A DNA stretch of 64,000 nucleotides from an uncultured Chloroflexia bacterium (GCA_963725875.1 CAVRZZ010000003.1:336817-400816), one strand, 5' to 3'; positions 25,863 through 35,249 are shown, counted from the stretch's first letter. Numbers and translations: made by a program. The notes: a model not told the origin generated them from the sequence alone.

Positions 25863-27734
25863 TCAGTCGCCGGCGGGCGTCGGGACCAGCGGAGCGGAGA
25901 CCACGACGACCGTCACCGTGATCGGGCGGCCGAGCACCTGGGGTGAGCCCTCGCCCGAGGACCGCTCGAGGCTGGCCACCAGGAGATACGTCCCCGAGTC
26001 CGTGGGTACCGGGCCCGAAAGCCAGCTCGACTGCGCGCTCGCCGCCGGGATCGCGAGCTCCCGCACGATGGGAGGCGCTCCCCCGATGCCCTCGAGGGGG
26101 ACCCAGCGGCCGACCAGGCGGACAGCCGAGCAGACCGTGCCGTCGTCCGGCCCATAGCGGCGCGGATCGGAGGTGCAGCCGCCCCACGGGGCCGCCTCGC
26201 CGTTCGTGACGACGACCTGCACCGATGCCAGCGTGCCGGCGGTGACCGACACGGCCGGCGGAGCGTCGAGCCAGGCGGCGCCCGGGCCGCCCACGTGGAC
26301 CACGAGACCCGGGATCGCGGCCTGGACCGCGTACGGGAAGGCGACGCCGTCGCGGTCGTGGATCGTGACCTCGAGGCGGTAGCGCCCGATCGCGGCCGGC
26401 AGCGTGACCGCGCCGACGAGCCCGCCGGCGGCGACGGTCGCCGGGACGACGTCGACGCGCGAGGCGGTCGACTCACGCGCGACGAGGGTCGGGTCGTCGG
26501 CCGGCGCTGGCTCCGTGCCGGCGGGATCCGGGCTGGCCGTGGCCCCGCCCACGGGCGGCGTGGTGGCCGGGCCCGGGCTGGCCGTGGCCGGCTCCGCGCC
26601 GGCGGGCGCCGGTTCGGCCGTCACACCGGCGGAGGGCGGCGGGCTGCCCGAACCCGGCTCCGCGCCGTCCGAGGGCGCCGGTTCGGCCGTCACACCCGTC
26701 TCGTCGAGCGGCACCCAGCGGGTGCCGAGTCGATACGCGGTCCCGAGCGCGACCCCGGCGGGCACGTCGACGGGGAGCCGGAGCGCGACGTTGGCGTCGG
26801 CGAGCGGCATCCCCGCGAGCGTCGGGGCGCCGGGCTGGGCCCCCAGGTCGAAGGCGTCCGGCGCGACGGACGGCTGTGGCGGCAGGATGAACTCCCAGGC
26901 GCCCGGGTCGCTCTCTCCCGGCGCCGGGCCGGACGGGACGATGCCACCCGTGCCGGCCGCCATCACGAGCGACCGCGCGAAGCCGCCGGACGCGCTCTTC
27001 GGGTCCATCAGCGCGATCGCGCCGGGCGTTCGCGTGCTCTCGAAGGCGCGGACATTGCCGTTCGACGTCGCAGCGCGCTCCCACGCGGTGCGGGCCGACG
27101 CGCGCTTCCCGAGCAGGGTCCGGAGGTACGGGGCGGGAGACGCGTAGGCGTCGGCCACGACCGCCGACGCTCCCGCGGCCAGGAAGCCGGCGGCGTAGTT
27201 GTCGACGCGCTGGCGCGCCGTGGCCTCGCTGCCCTCGGCAACACCGGGCTCCGCGAGGCCCGACGCGTAGCACAGGTGGAGGAGCAGGACGACGGCTCCC
27301 GGCGCCAGGCGCACCTGCTCGGCGACGATCCCCTCGCCGAAGTACTGGTGCGTGGCGTCACCGCGCCCGCCGACCGGGTTGAGCCCGAAGCCGTTCTGGA
27401 CGGAGGCGCGGAGCTTCGTCCCGTAGGGGCTCGGAAACCCGTTCCCGTGCCCGAGGTAGACGACGACCGAGGCGCCCTGGAGGGCCGCGCGAACCCGCGG
27501 CCACGTCGCGTTCGGGGAGTAGATCTCGACGACGTCGTCGGTCCACCGGCGCGCCTCTGCCGCTCCGGCGCGCCCCCAGCTCCGGTACGTCTCCGTGAGC
27601 CCTCCGACGGGGCCCACGACGATCACGACCCGCGGATCGGGCGCCGCCGCCCACGCGGTCGCAGGCGCCGAGCCGACCAGGAGCAGGCCCGAGAGCAACA
27701 GCCCGATGGTGAGGCGGACCCGACGTCCGGTCAT
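25863..27734 (-). CDS. Secreted protein, paralog B of the 19838-21790 gene: caspase-like His/Cys domain plus Ig-like C-terminal domains
   Basis: Signal 'MTGRRVRLTIGLLLSGLLLVGSAPATAWAAAP'. Blocks 'RVVIVVGPVGG', 'VVVYLGHGNGFPS', 'HQYFGE', 'VLLLHLCYASGLAEPG' align with paralog A. Confidence 0.65.
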   Translation of the reverse strand: MTGRRVRLTIGLLLSGLLLVGSAPATAWAAAPDPRVVIVVGPVGGLTETYRSWGRAGAAEARRWTDDVVEIYSPNATWPRVRAALQGASVVVYLGHGNGFPSPYGTKLRASVQNGFGLNPVGGRGDATHQYFGEGIVAEQVRLAPGAVVLLLHLCYASGLAEPGVAEGSEATARQRVDNYAAGFLAAGASAVVADAYASPAPYLRTLLGKRASARTAWERAATSNGNVRAFESTRTPGAIALMDPKSASGGFARSLVMAAGTGGIVPSGPAPGESDPGAWEFILPPQPSVAPDAFDLGAQPGAPTLAGMPLADANVALRLPVDVPAGVALGTAYRLGTRWVPLDETGVTAEPAPSDGAEPGSGSPPPSAGVTAEPAPAGAEPATASPGPATTPPVGGATASPDPAGTEPAPADDPTLVARESTASRVDVVPATVAAGGLVGAVTLPAAIGRYRLEVTIHDRDGVAFPYAVQAAIPGLVVHVGGPGAAWLDAPPAVSVTAGTLASVQVVVTNGEAAPWGGCTSDPRRYGPDDGTVCSAVRLVGRWVPLEGIGGAPPIVRELAIPAASAQSSWLSGPVPTDSGTYLLVASLERSSGEGSPQVLGRPITVTVVVVSAPLVPTPAGD

Positions 27735-27924
27735 GGTGCGATACCGACCCCCTGTCCACGCTCCGCCGTCGTCCCGGTCCGACCCGGGCGACCGTCGCGC
27801 CGCGTCACGTCCTCCCGACATTCTGCACCAGTCCGCTGCACGCGCGGTTACCCGCCATCGTGCCGGACGCCGGCAGTCTCTGCCAGCCCGGCGGCGAAAC
27901 GCAAGGGCCGTTCGGCCGCTGCTG

Positions 27925-27985
27925 GAAGTGTCGCCCGGGTCCGGGTGGACCTGCGCGGACCGGGCGACGTCGCCCGACGGGATCC
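27925..27985 (-). terminator. Candidate stem-loop terminator downstream of rbsK
   Basis: Just after the rbsK stop the minus strand carries the perfect palindrome CGGGCGACGTCGCCCG, nested in a longer imperfect inverted repeat (GCCCGGGTCC...GGACCGGGCG). There is no U-tract, which is usual in high-GC genomes. Confidence 0.25.
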
Positions 27986-27992
27986 GCGGGCC

Positions 27993-28910
27993 CTACTCGC
28001 CGAGGGCGGCCGCCAGCTCCGCGGCCGTCGGCATCCCGTCGCGCGCTCCCGGCCGCGTGGTCGAGAGGCCCGCCGCGGCAACCGCCCGCGCCGCAGCCTC
28101 CGCCAGGCCGCGACCCGCGGCCAGCCCCGCCGCGAGCGCACCGTTGAACGTGTCCCCGGCGCCCGTCGTGTCGACGGGGGCGACCGGCCGGGCCGCGATC
28201 ATGAGCGCCGCGCCCCCGGCGGGCACCAGCAGCGCTCCCGCCGCCCCCAGCGTCACCAGGATCGCCCGGCCGGCCGGCACGCCACCGAGGACCGACCGGG
28301 CGGCCGCCTCCGTCGGGAGGTCGCCCGCAATCGCGGCGAGCTCGGTCTGGTTCGGCGTGAGCACGTCGGCGAGCGCGAGCGTGGCCACCTCGAGCCCGTC
28401 GGCAGGGGCCGGGTTGAGGACCGTCGTGGCACCGGCGCGGCGGGCCGCGCCCAGGGCCGCCCGGACGGCGGCGGTCGGGATCTCGCGACAGGCCAGGACG
28501 ACGTCGCCCGGACCGACCGCCAGCGCCGTGAGCGCCGCCTCCGCGGCTGCCGCGGTCAACGCCCCGTTCGCGCCGGGAGCCACCGCGATCAGGTTCTCGG
28601 CGTGCTCGTCGACCACGATGAGGGCCACGCCGGTCGGTCGCTCGACGGTCGCAAGGTAGGCGACGTCGATCCCCTCCCCCGCGAGCGCCGCCCGCGCAGC
28701 GACGCCGAAGTCGTCGGCACCGATCGCCCCGACGAAGGCGACGCGAGCTCCCAGGCGCGCGGCCGCCACGGCCTGGTTGCCACCCTTCCCGCCGTGGTGG
28801 CGGGCGACGTCCCCGCCGGTCACCGTCTCGCCGGGGCCGGGGAGGCGCGGGGCGACGACCACGAGGTCCACGTTCACGGATCCGACGACGACGACACGAC
28901 CCGGCCTCAC
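27993..28910 (-). CDS. rbsK: Ribokinase
   Basis: 'VVVVGSVNVDLVV', 'GETV', 'GGKGGNQAVAAARLGA', and the anion-hole motif 'DTTGAGDTFNGA'. GTG start overlaps the upstream stop (GTGA). Confidence 0.85.
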   Translation of the reverse strand: MRPGRVVVVGSVNVDLVVVAPRLPGPGETVTGGDVARHHGGKGGNQAVAAARLGARVAFVGAIGADDFGVAARAALAGEGIDVAYLATVERPTGVALIVVDEHAENLIAVAPGANGALTAAAAEAALTALAVGPGDVVLACREIPTAAVRAALGAARRAGATTVLNPAPADGLEVATLALADVLTPNQTELAAIAGDLPTEAAARSVLGGVPAGRAILVTLGAAGALLVPAGGAALMIAARPVAPVDTTGAGDTFNGALAAGLAAGRGLAEAAARAVAAAGLSTTRPGARDGMPTAAELAAALGE

Positions 28911-30427
28911 GCCTCCACCCCCTCGGCCTTCCAGTCCCGGACGAACTCCTCCTGGGCGCGTCGCTCCACCGTGCCCGGCCGAACCGCGCGGACGCGCGTG
29001 ATCGCGTCGCGCGGGTCGACGCCGCCGTCCACGAGGAGGCAGGCGACGGCGGTCCCGGTCCGCCCCAGCCCGCCGCGGCAGGCCACGACGACGCGCTCGC
29101 CTGCCCGGACCCGGCCCGAGACGTCGTCGAGGGTCGCCCGGAACGCCGAGCGGTCGCGCGGCACCTCCATGTCGCGGACGGGATGCCGGATCACGCGGAT
29201 GCCGGCTGCCTCCAGCGCCGGGATCGTGCCCCACGCGCGGCTGATGTCGAGGTCGATGTCCTCCACGAGGAGGAGGAGCGTGGTGCAGCCGTGGACGTCG
29301 CGAAGCCGCTGCGCGTCGGCGGCCGCGTCGCGCCACTGGGGCCCGCCGTAGCCGCGGCGCTTCTTGCCGGGCAGGAGCGTCATCCCGAGCGCACCGCCGG
29401 TGCCGGCCAGCCCGGGAACCCGATCGAGGGGCACCCAGTCGACCCGCAGCGGGTTGACGGTCGAGGTCCGCCACCCGGCCTCGGCCAGGAGCCGGTCCAG
29501 CAGCTCGCCCACGATCTCCCGGCCGCGCAGCCTGGCCAGCCAGACCTGGGGGATGCTTCCCACGCCCCAGCGGATCCCGGCCAGGCCGCCGGCGATCGCC
29601 GCCGTCGTGTCGGTGTCGTTGCCGAAGCGCACGGCACGGACGACCGCGTCCTGGTAGCAGTCCGCCGTGGTGGCGGCCTCCCACGCCGACCAGAAGGCGT
29701 CCGCGGCGTGGCCGCCGCCCGTCCGCCGGCTCCAGGCGAGGAGCCCGGCGAGGGCCGGCGCGAGCGGAGAGCCCGCCACGACCTCGCCCATCGCCTTCCG
29801 GGCGGACGCGAGTGCCGCCCCGGGGTCGTCCGACCGCTCGAGGAGGCGCCGGGCGAGCAGGACGTAGAGCGCGCAGGCGACCCGTGCCAGGGGATCGCCG
29901 TGGGTCACGCCGGACGCGGCGCTCGCCCATCCGACCAGGGTTGCGTCGTCCCGGCCGCGTCCCGCGAGGGCCACCGGGAGGATCCGCATGAGCGACCCGT
30001 TGCCCAGCGCGTGCGGCGTCACGCTCCCCGACCGGTCGGCCGGCACGCCCGCCTGGAGGGCGTGCACGGCGGCGAGCGTCGCGCCTCCGACGTCGAATGC
30101 CCCGTCGCCGTCCGGCGTGTAGGCGCCGTGCTCGTGCCACGCCCGGATCCGGCGCCCCTGGTCCTCGGGATCGAAGCGGACGACCGGCCGGCCACCGGCC
30201 GGATCCGCCACCAGGAGGGAGTCCAGCAGCGCGAGCATGAGCGCGCCGTCGTCGCTCCACGTGCCCGGGGGCTGGCCGTGCGTGCCCGGCGCCCCGAACC
30301 GCACCTCGCCGATGGACTCGGGTGGGCGGAACTCGTATGGGACGCCGAGAGCATCCCCGACGAGATGGCCCCAGACGGCGCCCTCCAGGCGCTCGGCCTC
30401 CTGCTCCAGCCGGTCCATGCACGCCAG
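28907..30427 (-). CDS. ADP-ribosylglycohydrolase (DraG/ARH-like) fused to a C-terminal Cys-based protein-tyrosine/dual-specificity phosphatase-like domain
   Basis: N-terminal 'LVGDALGVPYEF' and 'FGNDTDTTAAIAGGLAG' are ARH family signatures. C-terminal 'VVVACRGGLGRTGTAVACLL' is a CX5R P-loop. About 506 aa from the ATG at 30427. Confidence 0.8.
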   Translation of the reverse strand: MACMDRLEQEAERLEGAVWGHLVGDALGVPYEFRPPESIGEVRFGAPGTHGQPPGTWSDDGALMLALLDSLLVADPAGGRPVVRFDPEDQGRRIRAWHEHGAYTPDGDGAFDVGGATLAAVHALQAGVPADRSGSVTPHALGNGSLMRILPVALAGRGRDDATLVGWASAASGVTHGDPLARVACALYVLLARRLLERSDDPGAALASARKAMGEVVAGSPLAPALAGLLAWSRRTGGGHAADAFWSAWEAATTADCYQDAVVRAVRFGNDTDTTAAIAGGLAGIRWGVGSIPQVWLARLRGREIVGELLDRLLAEAGWRTSTVNPLRVDWVPLDRVPGLAGTGGALGMTLLPGKKRRGYGGPQWRDAAADAQRLRDVHGCTTLLLLVEDIDLDISRAWGTIPALEAAGIRVIRHPVRDMEVPRDRSAFRATLDDVSGRVRAGERVVVACRGGLGRTGTAVACLLVDGGVDPRDAITRVRAVRPGTVERRAQEEFVRDWKAEGVEA

Positions 30428-30512
30428 CGTAGCGGGCCGCGGGCGAGCGCGGGGCGTACGATCGGACACCACGTCCCTCGTCGCCGCCCCGTCTCGCCAC
30501 CCGGAGGTCAGG

Positions 30513-31064
30513 ATGTTCCGGCTCCTCTCGACGCTCCTCGCGAAGCGCCTGGCCCGGCGCTTCGCGAAGCTCCTCGCCCTTCTCCTCGGCGCCTCGATCG
30601 GGGCCGGCGTCGCCAGCGCGCTGGCCGCGCTGAACCTCAAGAAGAAGGCACCGCCGCTCCCGGACCCGGCCGACGACGTCATCGACGTCGTCGCGATCAT
30701 GGAAGGCGCGCAGCTCGCCAGCCGCGCGACCGCCTTCCGCGGCGGCCGGCTCGTCTGCTGGTACGCGGGGGTCGACCTGGACCTGCGCGACGCGACGCTC
30801 GCCCCCTCTGGTGCGCATCTCGAGGTGCGGACCGTGTTCGGCGGCACCCGCGTCGTCGTCGCCCAGGGCGTGCCGGTCCGCGTCGGCGGACCCGCGATCT
30901 TCGGCGGCACGATGAACTCGACGGGTGCGCCCCAGCCGTCGGCCGACGCCCCGGGGCTGGAGATCACCGGCTTCACGATCTTCGGCGGGCTCCAGGTCAT
31001 CGCCGCCGAGCAGGGCGAGGAGATCCCCGGCTGGACCGGCGAGCGCGACCGCCCGCCGGCCTGA
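30513..31064 (+). CDS. Membrane-anchored beta-rich protein, LiaF/DUF2154(DUF4097)-like
   Basis: GGAGG 6 nt upstream of the ATG. N-terminal TM 'LLALLLGASIGAGVASALAAL', then 'LVCWYAGVDLDLRDATL...FGGTRVVVAQGVPVRVGGPAIFGG' repeats typical of LiaF-C-like domains. Confidence 0.5.
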   Translation: MFRLLSTLLAKRLARRFAKLLALLLGASIGAGVASALAALNLKKKAPPLPDPADDVIDVVAIMEGAQLASRATAFRGGRLVCWYAGVDLDLRDATLAPSGAHLEVRTVFGGTRVVVAQGVPVRVGGPAIFGGTMNSTGAPQPSADAPGLEITGFTIFGGLQVIAAEQGEEIPGWTGERDRPPA

Positions 31065-31094
31065 CCTGCGCGGCAGGAGCCGTAGACTCCGCGG

Positions 31095-31775
31095 GTGACC
31101 ACCGTCCTCCTCGTCCGCCACGGGCTCACCCCCCTGACCGGCCCCGTGCTGGCCGGCCGGGCCCCCGGCGTCCATCTCGACGAGCGCGGCCGCGCGCAGG
31201 CAGCCGCGCTGGGCGAGCGCCTGCGCGCCGTTCCCCTGGCCGCCGTCGTGTGCTCGCCGCTGGAGCGCTGCCGCGAGACGGCCGACGTCATCCTTGCCGG
31301 GCGCGACCCCGCGCCGCCCTTGCACGTCGAAGCGGGCGTCGCCGAGGTCGACTATGGGACCTGGACCGGCCGTGATCTGAAGGCACTTCGCCGGGAGCCG
31401 CTCTGGGCGGTGGTCCAGGGCCACCCGTCCGGCGCGGTCTTCCCCGGCGGCGAGGGTCTCGCCCAGGTCAGCGCGCGGGCGGTGGCGGCCGTGCGCCGCT
31501 GGAACGCGACGCTGGGGCCGGACGCGACGTACGTCCTCGTCAGCCACGGGGACGTCATCAAGGCGATCCTCGCCGACGCCCTGGGCCTGCACCTCGACGG
31601 CTTCCAGCGGATCGGTGTCGGTCCCTGCGCCCTCTCCGTCGTGCGCTACGGGACGGCTGCCGTGGCCGTGGAACGGGTCAACGACACCGGGGGAGGCGTG
31701 GCTGCCCTCGTGCCCGCACCCCCGCGAAGCCGGCGCGGCACGCGCGCCCCGGCGACCGGGCGTCCGGCGCGGTAG
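31095..31775 (+). CDS. Histidine phosphatase family protein (phosphoglycerate-mutase-like)
   Basis: GTG start. 'VLLVRHGLT' RHG motif, 'LERCRETA', 'LVSHGDVIKAIL'. Confidence 0.8.
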   Translation: MTTVLLVRHGLTPLTGPVLAGRAPGVHLDERGRAQAAALGERLRAVPLAAVVCSPLERCRETADVILAGRDPAPPLHVEAGVAEVDYGTWTGRDLKALRREPLWAVVQGHPSGAVFPGGEGLAQVSARAVAAVRRWNATLGPDATYVLVSHGDVIKAILADALGLHLDGFQRIGVGPCALSVVRYGTAAVAVERVNDTGGGVAALVPAPPRSRRGTRAPATGRPAR

Positions 31776-31784
31776 AGTCCCTCC

Positions 31785-32366
31785 ATGTCTCGTCGCGTCT
31801 ACGACTACGGCCTCCCCGATCAATTCGTCGCCGGCACCGTGGGCCTGCCCGGCGACCGGACGTTCTTCCTGCAGGCGAAACGAGGCGGCTCGCTCGTCTC
31901 GGTCGTGCTGGAGAAGGTCCAGGTGCAGGTGCTGGCCGAGCGGATGACACTCCTGCTGGCCGAGGTGTCGCGGCGGGGCGTGCGCGTCCCCGAGGCCCTG
32001 CTGCCCGGCGACGACGACACCGCGCCCCTCGACGAGCCGCTCGTCGAGGCGTTCCGGGTCGGGACCATGACCCTCGCCTGGGACGGCGAAAGCGACGAGA
32101 TCGTCGTCGAGGCTCGGGCCCAGGTCGAGGCGGACGACGACGAGGACGAGGAGGAGGACGAGGCGGACGAGGAGCTCGAGCTGTCCGACGATGATCCCGA
32201 CGGCCCGGACGTGCTCCGCGTACGCCTGACGCCCACGCGGGCGCGCGCCTTCGCCGAGCGGTCCCTGCGCACGGTCGCGGCCGGCCGCCCGCCGTGCCCG
32301 GTGTGCGGCCAGCCCCTGGACCCGTCCGGCCACCTCTGCCCGCGCCGCAACGGGTACGTGCACTGA
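31785..32366 (+). CDS. DUF3090-family protein with acidic insert and C-terminal Cys4
   Basis: 'MSRRVYDYGLPDQFVAGTVGLPGDRTFFLQA...', C-terminal 'CPVCGQPLDPSGHLCPRRNGYVH'. Its usual actinobacterial neighbours are present on both sides. Confidence 0.7.
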   Translation: MSRRVYDYGLPDQFVAGTVGLPGDRTFFLQAKRGGSLVSVVLEKVQVQVLAERMTLLLAEVSRRGVRVPEALLPGDDDTAPLDEPLVEAFRVGTMTLAWDGESDEIVVEARAQVEADDDEDEEEDEADEELELSDDDPDGPDVLRVRLTPTRARAFAERSLRTVAAGRPPCPVCGQPLDPSGHLCPRRNGYVH

Positions 32367-32403
32367 CCGGCACCCCGGTCCCGCGCCCCGCCGGACGGGC
32401 CGG

Positions 32404-33240
32404 ATGGTGCCCGTGACCGACGAGACGCGCCGTCCGGACGAGGCTGGAGAGCCCTGGCCCTCGGAGCCGTCCGTCCCCGACGAGGCGGAGCCCACACTTC
32501 CGCCCGCCGTCGCGCTGGCGCCGGCCACGGCCCTCCCGTTCCTCGAGACCGGCGAGATCGAGCTCGTCGGACGCCTCGTCGCGGCCTCGAACGTCACGCT
32601 CCTGGTCGCGGTCCACGGCCACGTCCCCGGGCGCGGCGAGACGGTGGCCGCTGCCGTCTACAAGCCGATCCGCGGCGAGCGGCCGCTGTGGGATTTCCCC
32701 GACGGCACGCTGGCCCATCGGGAGGTTGCCGCGTTCACCGTGTCGCAGGCCAGCGGCTGGGACGTCGTCCCGCCCACCGTCTTCCGCGAGGACGCGCCGG
32801 TCGGGCCCGGGATGCTGCAACTGTGGGTGCAGGTCCGGGAGGACCGAGACGTCGTGGAGCTCGTGCGCGCCGCCGACCCACGCCTGCGCCGGATCGCCCT
32901 GTTCGACGCGGTGGTGAACAACGCCGACCGGAAGGGGGGCCACCTGCTGGTCCGCGACGACGGGATCGTCCAGGGGGTCGACCACGGCGTGACCTTCAGC
33001 GTGGACCCGAAGCTGCGGACGGTCCTCTGGGGCTGGCGCGGAACGAAGCTCGCGGACCGCGAGATGGAGACGCTCGCCCTCCTGCGCCGCGCGCTCCCTC
33101 GCCTGCGCGGCGCCCTCGACCCTCACCTCGCCGCCGACGAGCTGGACTCGGTCCGCGAGCGGATCGAGGGCCTGCTGCGGGCCGGCCGCTTCCCCCAGCC
33201 GCACCCCGACTGGCCCGCCGTGCCCTGGCCCTGGTACTGA
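32404..33240 (+). CDS. SCO1664-family protein (PI3/4-kinase-like fold)
   Basis: 'LVGRLVAASNVTLLVAV', 'AAVYKPIRGERPLWDFPDGTLAHREVAAF', 'FDAVVNNADRKGGHLL'. Conserved trio with the two preceding genes. Confidence 0.7.
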   Translation: MVPVTDETRRPDEAGEPWPSEPSVPDEAEPTLPPAVALAPATALPFLETGEIELVGRLVAASNVTLLVAVHGHVPGRGETVAAAVYKPIRGERPLWDFPDGTLAHREVAAFTVSQASGWDVVPPTVFREDAPVGPGMLQLWVQVREDRDVVELVRAADPRLRRIALFDAVVNNADRKGGHLLVRDDGIVQGVDHGVTFSVDPKLRTVLWGWRGTKLADREMETLALLRRALPRLRGALDPHLAADELDSVRERIEGLLRAGRFPQPHPDWPAVPWPWY

Positions 33241-33303
33241 CGACGGGCTGAGGGTCCGCCGCCGCCTGCCCCATCCGCGCCGCGGGCCCGCCCGAACAGG
33301 AGG

Positions 33304-34395
33304 ATGCCGGCGGCACCCGACACGCCGGGCAGCGAGGTTCCCATGCTCGACCACGCGATCTCCGCCGAGGGGCTGCGCAAGTCCTACGGCGATGTCCACG
33401 CCCTGCGGGGCATCGACCTGGCCGTGCCGGCCAGCACGATCCTCGGCCTCCTCGGCCCCAACGGCGCCGGCAAGACGACGGCGGTCCGCATCCTCACGAC
33501 GCTGCTCCACCCGGACGGCGGCAGCGCCACGGTTGCCGGGCACGACGTGCTGCGCGAGCCGGACGCCGTCCGCGCGTCGATCGGCCTCACCGGGCAGTAC
33601 GCCGCCGTCGACGAGAACCTGACCGGCCGCGAGAACCTCGAGCTGGTGGGGCGCCTGCTTCACGTCGGGCGGAGCGCGGCACGCGTCCGCGCGGACGAGC
33701 TCCTGGCGACCTTCGACCTCGCCGACGCCGGGGGCCGCCCGGCGCGCACCTACTCGGGCGGCATGCGCCGCCGACTCGACCTGGCCGCCAGCCTCGTCGG
33801 GCGACCGGCCGTGCTCTTCCTCGACGAGCCGACGACCGGCCTCGACCCCGCCAGCCGGCTCGGCCTGTGGGACGTCATCGAGGGCCTCGTCGCCGACGGG
33901 ACGACGATCCTGCTCACGACCCAGTACCTCGAGGAGGCGGATCGCCTGGCCGACCGGATCGCCGTCATCGACGACGGTCTCGTGATCGCCGAGGGCACCG
34001 CCACGGAGCTCAAGGACCGCCTCGGCGAGGACGTCGTCGACGTTCGCGTGACCGATGCCGGGCGCACGGCCACGGCGCTCGAGCTCCTCCGTCCGCTCGC
34101 GGCGACCGAGCCACGGGCCGACCTCGCCAGCGGCAGGATCAGCCTGCCCGTCCACCATGGGGCCGGCACGCTCGCCGAGGTCGTCCGGCGCATCGACGGG
34201 GCCGGGATCGAGGTTGCCGAGCTCTCGCTGCACCGGCCCAGCCTCGACGACGTCTTCCTGACCCTCACCGGCCGCCGGGCCGACGCGGAGCCCGGCGCTC
34301 CCGGCGCCGCCTCTGACGGCCCCGGCGACGACATCACCCCCGCCACCGTTCAGCGCCGCCGCTTCGGTCGGCCGACCCGGGAGAAGGCCGCATGA
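33304..34395 (+). CDS. ABC transporter ATP-binding protein (DrrA-like exporter ATPase)
   Basis: Walker A 'GPNGAGKTT', signature 'YSGGMRRRLDLA', Walker B 'VLFLDEPTTGLD'. Alternative start near 33343. Confidence 0.85.
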   Translation: MPAAPDTPGSEVPMLDHAISAEGLRKSYGDVHALRGIDLAVPASTILGLLGPNGAGKTTAVRILTTLLHPDGGSATVAGHDVLREPDAVRASIGLTGQYAAVDENLTGRENLELVGRLLHVGRSAARVRADELLATFDLADAGGRPARTYSGGMRRRLDLAASLVGRPAVLFLDEPTTGLDPASRLGLWDVIEGLVADGTTILLTTQYLEEADRLADRIAVIDDGLVIAEGTATELKDRLGEDVVDVRVTDAGRTATALELLRPLAATEPRADLASGRISLPVHHGAGTLAEVVRRIDGAGIEVAELSLHRPSLDDVFLTLTGRRADAEPGAPGAASDGPGDDITPATVQRRRFGRPTREKAA

Positions 34396-35216
34396 CCGCG
34401 ACGATCGCCCCCACCGCCACGGCCGGCCGCAGGCCCGCTCCCAGCGTCGGCCGCTCGCCCGGCTGGATCGTCTCCGACTCGCTCACGATCGCCTGGCGGA
34501 ACATGCTGGCGGTCGTCCGGAACCCCCAGCTGCTCGTGGTCGACACGATCACGCCGATCATGTTCGTGCTGCTCTTCGCGTTCGTGTTCGGGGGCGCGAT
34601 CCAGACGCCGGGCGTCAGCTACATCACGTTCCTGATGCCGGGGATCTTCGTCCAGACGGTGGTGTTCGGCGGCACGAGCACGGCGGTCGGCCTCGCCGAG
34701 GACATGCAGAAGGGCATCATCGACCGCTTCCGGTCCCTGCCCATGGCGCCCTCCGCGGTGCTCATCGGCAAGACCTTCGCCGACCTGCTGCGCAACGCCT
34801 ACACGGTCCTGATCATGACGGTGGTCGGCTTCGCGATCGGGTTTCGGTTCACCGGCAGCCTGCCAGAGTTCCTCCTCGCCCTGCTGCTCGTCACGCTCTT
34901 CGGCTACTCGATCAGCTGGCTGTCGGCCAACGTCGGCCTGCGGGCGAAGTCGGCCCAGGCCGCGCAGGGCGCGATCTTCATCCCGGTCTTCCCGCTGACC
35001 TTCGTGAGCTCTGCGTTCGTGCCGATCGCGACGATGCCAGAGTGGCTGCAGCCGATCGCCGAGGCCAATCCCGTGACGGTCGTCGTGAACGCCGCCCGCG
35101 GCCTCATCGTGGGCGCCCCCGACGCCTGGACCGTCCTGCTGGCCGCCGGCTGGATCGTCGGCCTCGTCGCGATCTTCGCCCCGCTCGCCATCTGGAGCTA
35201 TCGCCGCAAGCGGTAG
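34392..35216 (+). CDS. ABC-2 type transporter permease (DrrB-like)
   Basis: Six TM segments. ATGA overlap with the ATPase stop. Confidence 0.8.
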   Translation: MTATIAPTATAGRRPAPSVGRSPGWIVSDSLTIAWRNMLAVVRNPQLLVVDTITPIMFVLLFAFVFGGAIQTPGVSYITFLMPGIFVQTVVFGGTSTAVGLAEDMQKGIIDRFRSLPMAPSAVLIGKTFADLLRNAYTVLIMTVVGFAIGFRFTGSLPEFLLALLLVTLFGYSISWLSANVGLRAKSAQAAQGAIFIPVFPLTFVSSAFVPIATMPEWLQPIAEANPVTVVVNAARGLIVGAPDAWTVLLAAGWIVGLVAIFAPLAIWSYRRKR

Positions 35217-35249
35217 GCAGTGGACCCCCCCGGCCCGGGAACGCCCAGG

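Noticed and set aside
27993-32597. Single 1534-aa minus-strand ORF
   Set aside because: It is a chance read-through in high-GC DNA. Only its last 305 codons are real (ribokinase, GTG at 28910). The adjacent ARH-phosphatase gene is in a different frame, and 30513-32366 carries convincing plus-strand genes.
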